64,000 bases of DNA from Vicugna vicugna (GCA_013265495.1 MU058221.1:4342001-4406000); one strand, 5' to 3'. Shown: positions 1 to 13,544, counted from the stretch's first letter. Notes: generated by a model from the letters alone, not told the origin. Numbers and translations: made by a program.

Positions 1-529
1 GAACAGCCCTGTCTCTGGATGTGGTTAGCGGATGGTAAGACAACTTTCAGAAGCAGGAAGACAGGGGGCACTCATGCTGAAGTCAAGGGTAGAGCTCCGG
101 AGCAATTTTTACAAACAGCCTGGGAGAGGATGGGAGTCTTAAGGACACCCAGGCAAAGACAGGGAGGTGAAACGCACACCAAGAGGGCCAAGCGGAAGCA
201 GCTACTGCAGTAAGAGAACACAAGGTCACTGGGCTGAGTGCCGGCTGACGTAACGGACTGTGAGAAACAGATCCTAGCCGCGAGGCCGAGGCACCAGAAG
301 AAGTCAGCGCATTTGGGGGCCACCCAGAAAACAGGTCAGGATGACAATTAAAGCCGCAGGATGGCAGCCCTTCTATGTGAAACTGGCAGGCAGCGCCGGC
401 TAATGGTCTGGGCTGCCCAGGGTCTGAAAACAGCCCTACGTCAAGCTGATGTTGTGGTTAAGTGTCAGCTCCGCGTGAATTCCGTGACTTCAGCTTCCCA
501 AGTACTTAAACTAATTTGATACACGTTCC

Positions 530-1320
530 TCCCCCAAACTGCTCTCTCCGTTGTGTTCTCATGAATAATATCCTAATCCTTTAATTGCCTAAAGAGCAAC
601 ATGGATTTGCACTCCTGTCCTTTCTCATTTACCATAAAACCCCCAAGTGGTACAATTGTTACCTTTCTTACATCTATCAAACACCCCTCCTTCTATTGTT
701 GGGAATTAGGCTCTGAGTCTTACCATTCCTTGTGTGATTCTCCCACAGCCTTCTAACTAATTCAACTCTGCCCAGCATTTGCACCAGATCCAACCTTCCT
801 CTATACAGAAGCCTGAGTGATCCTTAAGGGGATGAAAACCTAGTGTATAGCCCTGGCTTAAATCCATTCCAGGCCCTACTCTATAGTTTGTAGGGGAGGT
901 AACTATCTGACTTGGAACCTCTTTTTCAGCCGTTCTCCCCATTTCCTTCTCATGATACAAAATCGCTGGGAATTTAAAGGGCCAGAGCCTTTCTCACCGC
1001 TGTGCCTGCAACTGGAATGCCGTCCACACTGTATCATCCAGATAGCTCTTAACCATCCTTCAAAAGCCACTCAGATGTCTCCATCTCCAGGAAATGATTC
1101 CTGAAACTCCAGCCTGTGTTGGGTGCCTCTGGCACTTGGCCACATTGTCCGGTAATCAATGCCTTCATTACCAGACTAGCTTCCCCACAAGGACAGACAC
1201 GTTACAGGTCTCACCACTTATGGGTGTCCTCTGTACCTAGCACAGTGCTTGGGCAGAGCTGGGCGTAATTGTTGAATGAGTGAATAAATAAGTAAAATGT
1301 TTGAATAAATGAATGGCTCA
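530..1320 (+). mobile_element. L2 LINE fragments ending in the L2 3' terminus
   Basis: Ends in CCTAGCACAGTGCTTGG...TTGTTGAATGAGTGAATAAAT, the typical L2 3' end with (TGAA)n-like tail; upstream C/T-rich sequence fits a degraded L2 body. Boundaries approximate. Confidence 0.7.
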
Positions 1321-2164
1321 ATCGTTTCATCTTCAGCCAATCTACTACTCCCCAAGGTCTCAGGCTGAACTGAATTCTCTATCAGTGGAAACTTACTCTG
1401 GGACCTTTATAAGGCACTTAGAGAGCCCGCTGAATCAAATACAATCAAATTACTAATCAACTTATTCAATTCTCTGTTCTCCAAAATTAGGAGCATGAGA
1501 ATGAATATGCATGAACATGTGTAATTATAGACACTTAAGCACATAAATTATCTGACAGGGCTCCTGGAGCTGTGCTCATAGGAGTGAGATGTTTATCTCC
1601 ACCTGTCTTCACTGGAGAGCTGTCTCTGGAGCTCCATACTCCAAAACCAAAGTGGCTAGAGTCTCTCTCCACTTTTAACATATTCATTGCCTGTTCTTTG
1701 ATATTCTGCTTTAAAAGCACCAGCATTGTCCAGGGGCATTCCTGGGTGAGGCAGACCTATGGGGTTAGTGGAGATGAAATGTGATATTGCAGGCTTTGAA
1801 ATTTCATCACATGCCCAGGAAACTGAACGTTCCTCTTGCTGGTCTTTTCTTCAAAGGGTTAGCCGGTAACACCAAGCTCTCTAGTCCTCTGATTCTTAAA
1901 AAGAAGACAGGAAAACTGGACAAATACAAGTTCCTCCTGTTGTTACAGACAGAGGCTGGAATCAGTATATGCTGTTTCAGAAAAGAGTTCGCAAGGAGCT
2001 CACACCAGGTGCTAACCCGGAGTGCTGGCCGTTCAGGGTTGCTGTGGCCTCCAGACCACGGGCGAGATCATGGACAAACCTGTCCTAAAGACAGCAAGAG
2101 TGGGAAGTAGCCGTCCTCAGTGCTGGGAAAAGGTATCTGTCACCTGCGTAACACCAGGAGTGGT

Positions 2165-2600
2165 GAAAGGAAGAGGCTTTCGAAACTACAAGATCCCGGT
2201 TCAAATCCCAGGTCCACGATTACCAGTTGTGTGAACTTGAGCAAATTAATCAACTCTCTGAGTCTCCGCTTTCTAGTCTACACATCAGGACAAATAATAA
2301 GTATCTCGTAAGACTGTTTAAAAGGTCATGGGGGGAGGGGGTGTAGCCCAAATGGGAGGGTGAGTGCTTAGCAAGCGCAAGGTCCTGGGTTCAAGCCCCA
2401 GAACCTCTGCCAAAAAAAAAAAAAAAAAAAAAAAAACACGCACACAAAAAAATCCTAATAATGAATGAATAAATAGACCTAATGACCTCCCCCACAAAAA
2501 ATTAAAAAATTTAGTAATAAAATAAATAAAAAGTTAAGCATTATAGTTTATGCAAAACATTCAGCAAAAATCCTGCTATTAGTGAGAAATTAGTAATAGT
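2165..2600 (+). mobile_element. MIR SINE interrupted by a younger SINE
   Basis: MIR core GGTTCAAATCCCAGG...TGTGTGAACTTGAGCAAATTAATCAACTCTCTGAGTCTCCGCTTTCT at ~2198-2275; MIR-like sequence resumes after 2530. Confidence 0.7.
2331..2530 (+). mobile_element. tRNA-derived SINE, Vic-1-like (camelid), diverged copy
   Basis: GGGGAGGGGGTGTAGCCCAA (A-box-like), GGTTCAAGCCC (B-box-like), long internal poly(A), CCTAATGACCTCCCCC segment and A-rich tail; aligns by eye with copies at 47618 and 50288. Confidence 0.8.
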
Positions 2601-2998
2601 CCCTTCCTACCTCTATCTCAGGCAATTACTAGACTAAAAGCTTAATCCTTGGTAAATATTGGGTTATTAATGCTGTCTTCAGTAGGTCATGGTTTCATTT
2701 GCTGACATTCCTGCTTTTTAGTTTTGAAATAGTGTGAGTTTTATAATTATCAATTACAATTGGTTTTGGTTTGGGGTGTTTTTTTGTTGTTGTTGTTAAA
2801 TCTACCATACAACGCGGTATACATGTTTATTGGGATTTTTCACTGATAATGTTTAAATAATCTTTAGGTTATATTTACAAGTAAAAGATTACACAGCACC
2901 TTGTACCACTGCTAAGAGATAGATCTGTAATTTCCCCAAATTTGCTTGTACAGTAACACTTTTTTGTAGTTAAACACCAGGTGAATTTTTTTCCTCCT

Positions 2999-3052
2999 TT
3001 TGAAACAGAGCAAACGAAAAAGGGGTTTGAAACAGAGCAAACAAAAAAGGGG
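2999..3052 (+). repeat. 27-bp tandem duplication (2 copies)
   Basis: TTTGAAACAGAGCAAAC(G/A)AAAAAGGGG x2 with one mismatch. Confidence 0.95.
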
Positions 3053-4739
3053 TTTTTTTTTACACTGCTTCATATTGCAAATGTAAACCTCGGACAGAAA
3101 TGTTTGAGAGCTGCTGGCCAACAGGGTGACCATTACCTTCTGAAATATCTACAAAACTGGCCAATTCATCTCCCGCTTCAGAATGAGACTTAATTTCTCA
3201 TGGGCTCCTAATGAGTTTACTTTACTATTCAGGGAGCAATTATTCAATTCAGTGATTTATAGAATCCTGCCCGGAGAACCTGAATGAGAATAGGTTATCT
3301 GTGACCATGAACTCATAAAGGATTCCACTCCTGCAGTGTAAACCCAGCTAGATTTGTGGTTCATCAGGTGGTCATTTGAAAACCCAGCAAGAGGCATCAC
3401 AGAGATAACGGATTAGATTTTTTTTCAACATAAACTTGAGAAATTGTGGTTCTATGTTAGTGAACTTCAGAAAAGGATGCTATGAGGTCAAACCCCCTTT
3501 CCAGCTTCAACCCAAATGCCCTTAGCGTTCTGTGAACGTGTGAAGTAAGACAGGCAACTTTCTAGTAATGAAATCCTCATTCTAATACCACAGGATTTAT
3601 TAGGTCGCCAGTGGCGAACCCCATCGCAAAGCAGAAAGGTGCAGAGGATGCTTTTCCAAGGATTTTAAGGCAACTATTTTGTCATAAAATCATAGGCTGT
3701 TAAAGCTGGAAGTGTCCTCAAGAGTTTATTTAATCTAATTTCCTCTTTTGTAGAAAACTAGACCACTGTGACCCAGAAAAGTGAAGCCACCCAACTAATT
3801 AATAATTTAAGCTAGTAAGGAATCTAATCAGCCTTTCCATTTACTGTTTAATATAAAAAATGCTATCCCAAGGTTTCTGCTTAACTCTTAATAACCACGT
3901 GCAGCAGGCAAGGCAAGTAACATGATTCTTTTCCAGGCTGGAGATCCAAAGGTTAAAGGGCGGCCGTGGGGAAAGAACACAGGGCTTTGAACTGTGATTC
4001 TGGGAGTCTGGCCTTTTCCTGCTACCACGCTGGACGTCCCCTGGGAGTCACAAGTCAGGCCAAGGACTCAGATCGCTAGAACAAGCCAAATGGGAATTAG
4101 CCTGTGCTGCGGAGTAAGCAGGCAGGCCTCCCTTTTTTTTTTTTTTTTTAAAGGGCTCTCAATTGACATGAGTGTCAGAACTGCAGTAATCCTGTTGTAT
4201 CCAAATGGAACCTGAGAATGGAGAGGTAGAGAAATCTGGTGCTAACCGTCAAGTCTTCCCTGCAGCAATACTGGAGCCTCCTCCCTCTCCCCCATCTCAA
4301 ATCCGGAAACCCTATCGGAGACTTGACTCATAATTTACTTAAGTGGTGATTCTTACCAACTAGACACAGGACTTGCTGAGCAGAACCCTGTGACTTTAGG
4401 CAAATCACTCTCCCCTCTCTGGGCCTCAGTTTCCCCATCTGAGAAGAGGGGCTGCCCAGAAGCTAAGTCTCATGTTGTATTCCCAAGGGATTAAGCGGCA
4501 CCGTCAGAGTTTACTTCCTCCCACCCATGTCTCAGCCTCCACTCTCTCCGCAGTTTGACCTGTTGTGCTGCGAGTCTGCATCCCCTATGCCTCCTGCCCC
4601 CTCCTGCCCCATCCTGGTCTTCTGAGCAGTGGGCTTAGAACTTACCGATCAGCACAGTAATAGAAGCTATTTGACAATTTAGTGATGGCTCCATATGGCC
4701 TGGTCCTACCATCCCCCATTTTTATAGAATAAATTCTTG

Positions 4740-5070
4740 AGAGTTATCACTCAGGATAAATACACTATTTTTCCCCATCCTGACAAGACTGACCTCTTTT
4801 CGTTGTTTGCTTCTCAACTGAAATGTCACTTCCCCAGAGAGACCACATCTACCATCCACGCAACGTCAGTCACCAGGTCACTATCCTATCCCCGTCACAT
4901 TCGAACTTTTCTAAGGATGCTCATCAGCATTACACATTGTTCTCATTTATCAGGTTATTTCTTGACTGTCTTTTACCTCCAAAGGGAGAACAAAACCTAG
5001 AACGTTGTCGGGCACGCCGTAGAGATGCAATAAATATTTGTTGGGTGGATAGATGCATGGATGTAAGGAT
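4740..5070 (+). mobile_element. L2 3' fragment
   Basis: CTCAACTGAAATGTCACTTCCCCAGAGA...CCTAGAACGTTGTCGGGCACGCCGTAGAGATGCAATAAATATTTGTTGGGTGGATAGATG matches the L2 3' end pattern. Confidence 0.7.
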
Positions 5071-5841
5071 ATTATGACTGGATGGGATATTAAAGACTAT
5101 CTCACCAAGACTTCTGATTTTTCAGATGAGTCTGTGATGCCCAAAGCAATAAAAGAGCTCGACCAGGGAGTTAAGCACATCACTGGCTGAGCAGGACAGC
5201 TGCTAAGAACTTCTGATTCCCAGTTCAACAATCTTTCCATTCTAAGTTAAATTAGGAAGATAGAAGATCTGTTTATGAGCTCTAGAAGATCTGAAGAGAG
5301 GAGCTCATTGAAAACAGCGGAAAGGAGGGGCCTTTGCGTTGAGAAGGGACTGGTCACAGGAGCGATTTTTATAGGTAGGAGGCAAAAAGCCGAGGTATTG
5401 CATGATTCACCCACTTAAACATAATTTTGGCATTAATTAATGAGAATTATCTCCATTTTATTTTGTAAATTTTTTGTCAGTTTCAAAAAAAATCTATTAT
5501 TTTACTTATTGCTATAATGGATTTTCTTCTTTCAGGAAAAAAAAAACAGACTCTATTTTAATTTTCTTTACGTCTTAGATCTTTTTTGTGCATACTGAGT
5601 AATTCTTTACATTCATGGTTTTTTCCTGTATGATTCCTTTACTAACCATATATGTTTCAATCAGGGCCCAAATACTGAAATGCTAAATCGTGGTATTTCA
5701 CACTACTCAATTGTGTACTCGATATTCTTTCTTCTGGAATACCCTTACCCCATTTTCCCTCCTAGAAAATTCCTATTTCTTGGTCAAAATCCAATTTATA
5801 AGCCACTTTTCCAAAAAAAAATCACATTTGACCATGAACCT

Positions 5842-6856
5842 TGTATCAGTCAAATATTGCTGTGGAACAACAGAATACCATATCTAATTGACAGACAATG
5901 AGCATTTACTTCTTGCTTATGAGTGCGGGGGTCAACTGTTCTGAGCTAGGCTAAAAGAGGTAGTAACTTCTGCTTCAGGCTACAGATCTGTTGGCCTGGC
6001 CTGGCTCCCTGGGTCTATGTGTCTTTCACCTTCTTTCTGAGACAATCAGCTGAGCAGGACATGTTCTTCTCCTTGCTAAGAAGAAGTACAAGAGCCACAC
6101 ACACACAGTTCCACAAACACAGTTCAACCTTCTGTTTGCCTTCTGTTTGCTAACATCCATTGGTCAAGGCAAATAGCATGGCCAACCAAATTCATGGGAC
6201 AAGAAAGTATAATTTTTCCTGCAGAGATGGACACAACTGCATAAATTACATGCCCAAGGCCATGGGCACGGAGGGGTCAAGACTTGGTATCAATCCATGC
6301 CTCCCGATATTCACAGCAGCACTATTCACAACAGCCAAGACATGGGAGCAACCCAAGTGCCCATCAACAGACAATGGATTAATAAGATGTAGTATATACA
6401 TAGAACAGCACAATGAAACAATGCAATTTACAGCAACATAGGACCTAGAGAATATTATGCTGAGTGAAATAAATCAGAGAAAGATAAATACTGTGTGATA
6501 CCATTTATACGTGGAATGTAAAAAATAATACAAATGAATATATATATGCAAAACAGAAAAAGATTCACAGACATAGAAAACAAACTTGTGGTTACCAGAA
6601 GGGACGGAGGGGAGGGACAAATTCGAGGTATGGGATAACAGATGCAATCTACTATATATAAAATAGATAAGCAACAAGGATATACTGTACAGCACAAGGA
6701 ATTATGCCCGTTATCTTAGCATCACCTATAATGGAGCATAATCTGCAAGAATACTGAATCACTATGCTGTACACCTGAAACTAATACAATATTGTAAATC
6801 AACTATACTCCAACTTAAAAAAAAAAAAAGAATTGGTATCACTAATCCAGCCTACT
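5842..6856 (-). mobile_element. Old MaLR LTR (MLT1-type) split by an L1 insertion
   Basis: TGTATCAGTC...GCATTTACTTCTTGCTTATGAGT...CATTGGTCAAGGCAAATAGCATGGCCAACC are MLT1 motifs; the LTR end resumes after the L1 at ~6842. Confidence 0.65.
6293..6827 (+). mobile_element. 5'-truncated L1 (end of ORF2, 3'UTR, poly(A)) with 14-bp TSD
   Basis: Translates as IFTAALFTTAKTWEQPKCPSTD (L1 ORF2 C-terminus); ends ATTGTAAATCAACTATACTCCAACTT(A)n; TSD AAGACTTGGTATCA (6279-6292) / AAGAATTGGTATCA (6828-6841). Confidence 0.95.
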
Positions 6857-8069
6857 TTCGGATTAACTGTATCTCTAGGTCTCTTCGGTGCTCATGTTGC
6901 ATCTTATAGATGTTTCCATGCTGGGTTTAATCATGATGTACTGTACCTCTTTTGATAGTTGGTCTTCCCAGTTAATAAAACCCTAAAAATAATAACTAGC
7001 GTTTAATGGACACACTCTCCACCAGGCAGGGCATAAAAATCTTTGCAGTAAAAATCCTAGTTTGCTTTCCAACAAACCTATGTACTACAGTTACGCCAAA
7101 GTGACAGATAAGAAAGTTACCCTGAGGAATTTTGGGAGCTTGGAACTTGTCTGAGCTCACAGAAGTCAGGGTTGAGTCCTATACTCCAGTCTATTACAAA
7201 GCCTCCTGATTTCTTCACGAAATTTGTCTTACGTGATTAAAAGCTCAGTCAAGACCCCTGTCTGATTTACCTTTCAGCAGCCCAGTGCCCTTGGCAGTGC
7301 CTGGCACACAGTAGGAACTTGCTCACTGAGCTGAGTTGCACCAGCTCTAACCTGTCTTTCCAGTGTTATCTCCTGCTTCTCCAGGTAAACCTAGGATGGC
7401 TACTGCTACTCGGGTATCATATGCCCCTGTCCCTCTTCCTGCCATTTCTAATAGTCAGTCACTCAACAACTAACACGGAGTCACTCACCTAGGAATCATT
7501 CATCCCTATGTCAGAGAGACAAAACCCAGGCGGCTAGGCTGGGAGGCCACACTGTTGTTCTTGGCTCTCTCCATGGCGGGGCTGAGCTTGACCAGGATAT
7601 CTGAGCTTCCAAGGCTGCGCACCACTGGGTGCCCACAGGCCTCTACTGAACTCACCTTGTCTGTTAACTTACAAGGAACGATACAGCGTGAGATCCTCTT
7701 TTATTTATGTCATGATCATTCTTTCCAGGATGACAGTCATAAGGGCCAGAATGGCATGCCGTATTTCATAAACACGGAGAGTTTGTTACAGTAGAAAAAT
7801 CACTATATTTAAATGATCAGATCTGTGTTCTGATACAGAGCCATTGTCTTAACGTTGTCTGTCCTCACCAAACACCTCAACTCCCAGTTGTGTCATCTGT
7901 TAAACTGAAGGGTAGTATGCTCCCCAGTGGGCAGGATTAAATTCTCCATGTGAAAGGAGCAAATATGTTTGTGTAAGCAAATATATATGGAAAATATCAA
8001 ACTCACCAGTTATTGAATCAGTACAAATTATAACATGATTGTATAAGTGTATGCATACAGTGGTTACAT

Positions 8070-8200
8070 AAAGTGTATATATACTATATATATACTTTAT
8101 ATTTATATATGTATATATATTATATATATACATTTATATATATTTAAATATAATGTGCTTTTACATGTAATTTATATATGATGTATTTATACATAAAGTA
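8070..8200. repeat. (TA)n-rich low-complexity tract
   Basis: Degenerate TATATA repeats seen directly. Confidence 0.85.
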
Positions 8201-8559
8201 TCAATATAATGCCGAGTAAGTCTTTCTCAATTTCAGGAATATGAATTATATGGCTAGGGGCAATGTAAACTGATACATGACTGATAAAGAAAAAAACCAA
8301 TTTGTCAACATAACCCTAAGGAAATATGTTATATACATAAGGATATTCCCTAAAAAGGAAAACACAAGAAATGACCTATGTAATATTTAAAAATGGTGTT
8401 GTTAATTTGGCACATGGCTTAAAATGGACAATTCTTTAGGCATTAAAATCATAACTCTGTATCACATGGAAGACAGTCGAGTATGTAGAAACTCTACATC
8501 CAGCAAAATCCATTTTTTAGAGTCAAAGAAAAAATTATAACTAGCTATGAAGTTAGGTA

Positions 8560-9005
8560 AAATATATGGGTGAGGGTAGGCTAAGCACTATAAAAATAAT
8601 CTTTAAAAATCTCAGTAGCTGAAACTAATAAAGGTTAATTTCTCACTCACATCACAGTCTAATTTAGGTCAGTGGGGAATGGTAGGTGGTCTCTGCTCCA
8701 TGCAGTTAAGTCAGGACGCAGGATCCTTACAACTAATGGCTCCACTGCGGCCCAGTGCCTCGTCCCCTGGTGCCTTTTTGTTTGGAAGGCAGGTGGAGGA
8801 AATGAGACATGAAGAAGCTCCCCTGCTCTTTACTGCTTCTTCTTGAAAGTGACAAACATGGCTTCTGCTCAAGGACACTGGCAAGAACAAGTCACATAGC
8901 TCCTGGCCAAACCTGGATGAAAGGGACTAGAAGGTGTGAGGTGGGGAGTAGTCAGGAGGAAGAGAGGGTGGGGCTGGTGAGCATCGGCTGGTCTGTGTCA
9001 CTATG
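8560..9005 (-). mobile_element. Old MaLR LTR (MLT1K/L-like)
   Basis: GGGTAGGCTAAG...AAATCTCAGTAGCTGAAAC...TTTCTCACTCAC...TGGCAAGAACAAGTCACATAGC; parallels the copy at 58438. Confidence 0.6.
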
Positions 9006-10010
9006 TATATGAATGTATATGATAGTAAGAGGGTGTAAAAAGGGAAAGTAGTTATCTATCAAGGAGCTAGGTTTACTTGATAAGTAAAAGGTTTATTTAC
9101 TTAGGAGGTAAGCAATTTTTCTTTACTGTTTGTATTATCTTGTACCTAGGAGCTACAAATATGTAAAATAAAAGATCAGCCTAAAATATTGGAATTAGCT
9201 TAAATGATATACAAGGCCAATTTCATCTCCAATACCCAACGACTAATAACTGCAGCATATTGAAATTTTATAATCCAGTTCCGTTTCTGTCCACACTTTC
9301 TCATGTCTTCCAAAAACCTGGGCCTAAAGAAATATGGTCTAAATTTTGCAGACCATTTGGTGGGAGATCTGAAGCATGGACACTCATTAATAGGATAGAA
9401 AATTTTAATTAAGCTCCATCTGCAATTATAACTTTACTGGTTATTAACAGTGATGAGAAAAATTACACAGCTATGATCATTGGCAGGGTTATTAATGGGT
9501 TTCTTGATGACATAACATTTGTTTAATGGGAGTATTTCCTTTTAAGTACGAGTACCATCCGAGGGCAGTTTGTCATTGTTCTTAATTCAAGATCGTCCGG
9601 TCTGTCACTCAATACCAGGTCCAATTAAGAGAGAGAGAATGGTATGAGACTCCACTGAGTAGCTCTGCCTGGCAGAGAGGTTTAACAACAAAAATAAAAT
9701 TGAGACAAACATCAAAGTCTGTTTAAAGACTTAAAGACACAAAAGACCAGAAGTACTGTACAAAGAGAAAACTTTTTTTTTCCTTCCAGAAAGATGAAAG
9801 CTGCTTATGCCACTTAAGTCATTAGCAACAAAACTCTTCGCATGCAAATTAAAGTGGTCTTTTCTTTAGGTAATAAAGAGATAAGAGTCACTGTGGGGGT
9901 GGCCAAGCCCAGTCTTGAATGTTCCTTACTTGCATGCTGCCAGGCTGGGATGGAATGGACACACTGGAAACAATCACCTTAGCTTACATTTTACGGTGCA
10001 AAGCGGAGTG

Positions 10011-10384
10011 TGTATGAGTTTGCTCGGGCTGCTGTAACAAAATGCCACAGACTGAATGGGTTAAACAACAGTTTTTGGGTTTTTTTCACAGTTCTAGGGC
10101 CTGGAAGTTCAAGATCAAGGCATCAGCAGGTTTGCTTTCTCCTAAAGCTTGCAGATAGAGGGCCACCTTCTGGCTGTGTCCTCACATGGCCTGTCCTCTG
10201 TACGTCCATCCCTGGTGTCTCTCCATCTTCTGATAGAGACCAGTCATATCGGATTAGAGCCCCACTTTCATGAGCTCATTTAACCTTAATAACCTCTTTA
10301 ATGGCCCTGTCTCCACACACAGTTACATTGAGGGGTTAGGGTTTCCACATAAAAATGTCAGGAGACGCAATTCAGATCATAGTA
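10011..10384 (-). mobile_element. MaLR solo LTR (MLT1A/C-like)
   Basis: TGTATGAGTTTGCTCGGGCTGCTGTAACAAAATGCCACAGACTG...CACAGTTCTAGGGCCTGGAAGTTCAAGATCAAGG...TCATTTAACCTTAAT, a standard MLT1 layout. Confidence 0.85.
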
Positions 10385-11038
10385 GTGATCATACTAACTT
10401 TTTAATTCTAAACAGATGAAATGAAAGAGATCTCCAAACTCCAGGCCTCCATCACAAACTGAATCTAGAAAGACAGGCGGAGTAAGAAGCCCCTCCCCCT
10501 CCTGCAGGGAAGTGTACCCTCCATGATGGTAACTGCTTGTCTGCTATGCTTTCCACCTCAGGCCCTCCTTCAGGGTCTTAACAGTATCTCTGTCTTACAG
10601 ATGAAGGGATCTAGAAGGGACATTTGCTAACCTCTCCAAGGTCACACAACTACCCAATTTAGTTTCAAATTCTTCTTAGAACTGTAATCCTTTTTGGCAG
10701 AATCTAGGTTTGTGATAGAAGCAAAAGAGGACCCAGGAGACAGGGAGGGGTCGTGAGAGAAAGCTCAGATGCTAGCTTTGTGTGTCCTGCAGCCACGCCC
10801 CTGCCTGCCTGAGGAGATGGCGAAGCAATTCCCAGGGGGAAAGTGGAGTCTAGTGTGAGACTGCTGGCTGCTGCTGCAGTTAGTCAGGCCCCTGGCACAA
10901 AAGGAGATGCAGATGTGAGGGCTAGTGGAGGAGTCCGATTTCAGACACGTTGAGGGAGGGACCCATTGTTGAACCAGGAAGATGTACTCAGGTCACAGGG
11001 ATAAAGGGGAACCCAGTGAGCTGTGTGCATTGTTTTCA

Positions 11039-11603
11039 TGTAGGGGAGGGCAAATGTTTCCACTAGTCACTAGGTTCTTGTTGGGGGCTCTGTAGTAAAA
11101 GGCAGATTAAGCAGAGACCAGCAAACAGGCTTATTAACATGTATCTCCCACGTATACTTGGGAGAAACTCAGGAAAGAGTAACTCAAAGCGGCGGTCTAG
11201 AACTCAGGCTTATAAGCATCTTCAGCAAAAAAGGAAGAAATCTGTAGAGAAAAGGCAAGACCAAGGAAGGAGTTACTAGGTTTCCAAGAACAAGACACTA
11301 TGGGAAGGTAAACACATGGGAAACTGACGGTAGGTACAGGCTAATTGGTGAAGTTCATGTCGAGTCTTCGGATGCCATCTCCAGAGTGATGAGAGTCCAG
11401 CGCTGTCTCTGCTGGTAGTTAACTTTTGTCCCCCCTGGTGGGGAGGGGAGGAGGGACACCTTTGAAAATGTGGGTCCTGCTTTTAGGCAAATAGAAGGCT
11501 AGGGAGCTTTTCTTATACCCACTTCCTCACAACTGTCTTCAGCTCAATATATTCCTTATGTCAAAGCGCCATATTTTGGAGTGGCACATTCTAGTTTCCT
11601 TCA
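11039..11603 (-). mobile_element. Class I ERV solo LTR, MER34-like
   Basis: TG...CA ends; the reverse complement starts TGAAGGAAACTAGAATGTGCCACTCCAAAATATGGCGCTTTGACATAAGGAATATATTGAGCTGAAGACA, as I recall the MER34 5' end. Confidence 0.8.
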
Positions 11604-11729
11604 ATTAATCGGGGTGCGAATGTTGAAAGCAAAGGAGGAAGAATCAAAGAGGAAGGTATAGAGGGTTAAGAAGCAGGGCCAGTAGACTGAGGAAAAGCAT
11701 CTGAGCCACACCCCCCACCACCTTACACT

Positions 11730-12070
11730 GAGGCAGTGCAGCAGAAGCCAGGGGACACGGTGTCTGACGCGGGCCGCCTGCGGCCAAGCTCGGGCTCAGC
11801 CACTCCCTAGACGGGGGAGGCAAGGAAAATTACTTGGACGTCCTTTGCCTTGGACTTCTTCTGTCTTTATCCCATGCCTTTTATTTTTAAAAAAATTTTC
11901 TTCATAGGATTATTGAAAGAATTGAAAGAAATAATATAGGTAAATGTACAACAAATGCTTTCTATTCATTACTAGCTCTCCTAGCACTGGGCAAGGGACA
12001 AATTCTCTGTTTCAGGCTCCTCGTTTGTAAAATGGGGATAATGACGCTTTTCTCAAAAGGTTGTTATGAG
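11730..12070 (+). mobile_element. MIR fragments
   Basis: GGCAGTGCAGC...CTCAGCCACTCCCTAG and CTCTGTTTCAGGCTCCTCGTTTGTAAAATGGGGATAATGAC...GGTTGTTATGAG (MIR core). Confidence 0.65.
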
Positions 12071-12624
12071 AAATATTTTTATTTATATAGTCTGATTCAT
12101 AGATTTACATATTTAGCATAAGTATATGAATAATTTGTATATAAATATAATCCTACTATACTATACAGTATTTATACATACTGATGGTAAATAATTTTAC
12201 TTATATACACATTTAATTTGTAATTTAGATAATACACTTAAAGGCAGCAGTGGCAACATACCAAGTGATGCAGGACAGGAGAGGAGAGAATTTTAGAATA
12301 ATAAAACCAACAAAAAGTCCGTCTGCTTTTTATTATCACCATGCCCTGGCGATGCCAAACAAAGCTGGGGGGAAATACTTCTCCTCCCACTCCCCTCCAC
12401 CCCTCTCCTGCTTAAGAGGGACCGCATATAACTGTTTCTCTAGTCCACGGTATGAACAAAGAAGACCCTGGATAAGTACTGACTTAACAAGTACCAAACA
12501 GGCCTTCTTATGTGTGTGCAGGGCTTAGCTCTGAAATGCATTTGGGCACATTTTCTAATCTGGTGTCAAGGTTGAGTCCCCCGATTGAGATTCAACACAA
12601 GCTCATCGCATGCCTGCTCTGCCT

Positions 12625-12810
12625 TCGTACTCAGCCCCCGCTGCCCTGTGAATTGCCTGGGGAGCTATAAAAAGGATCGATGTCTACGCCCCACTTCAGG
12701 CCAATTAAATTGGAATTTCATGGGCTGGGGGGTGGGGGTGCCTGGTCACTGGTTCTTTTTTAAAGCTCCTCAAACAATCCTGCCGCGCAGCCAGGGCTGA
12801 GAAGACCGGA
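12625..12810. mobile_element. MER5-type hAT-Charlie non-autonomous DNA transposon
   Basis: GAATTGCCTGGGGAGCTATAAAAA...CCCCACTTCAGGCCAATTAAATTGGAATT...TAAAGCTCCTCAAACAATCCTG...CAGCCAGGGCTGAGAA; typical MER5A quasi-palindromic layout. Confidence 0.75.
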
Positions 12811-13544
12811 ACCAGGCGATGTGCGTGATGGCTATGGGCTTAGACTCTGGTCTCGCAGGTCCAAATGGGGCACCTCTTCAGGACTCAGTTTTTCATCTAT
12901 GGAAACCCGCAAAGGGTACTTCCCTGCAGATCCAGAAAGAGAACATTGGCCAAGTCAGTTTTAATTTACCCTGAGCATCTCCTTTGTGCTGGGGAGCTAT
13001 GAGGGGCTATATGTGCACAGATAATGACACAGAAGTGACATGGAAGGGCTCAGCCCTAAAAGAGCTTCTAGTCTAGAAGGAGACCAGTATGTCAATCATT
13101 GGAGCCCTGGTAGCCATAGAATTTCACAGTAAATTCCCTTTAGGATGGAGACTGTTTTATTTCAAGAGTTCCCATAAAGGATCATCCATGTTTAGGCTTA
13201 TTCTATAGAGTGCTGGAACTATGCATAAGGAAGTCCCTCTGAGTATAGTGGGTGAGGCCATGGTTCAGAAGATGGTGGATCAAATTGATAGCTAAATAGT
13301 TTCACGTGAGAAATGAACAGATACTGGGGGCACTTGAAGAGGGGAGCGGGAGGGAGATGGGAAGGGAAGAGAGAAAGGTAAAGAAACATGGCAAGAGGTT
13401 GGCTCCACAGGAAGGTGACCAGTTAGAAAATCCCAGTGACAGGGGAACTGAAGGACTTTTAAGAACAGGGACAGCCACCCCCTCTGAGATCGAAAATACA
13501 ATAGTGATAAAAGGGAATAAATTGACATGTAATATAACTACCCG

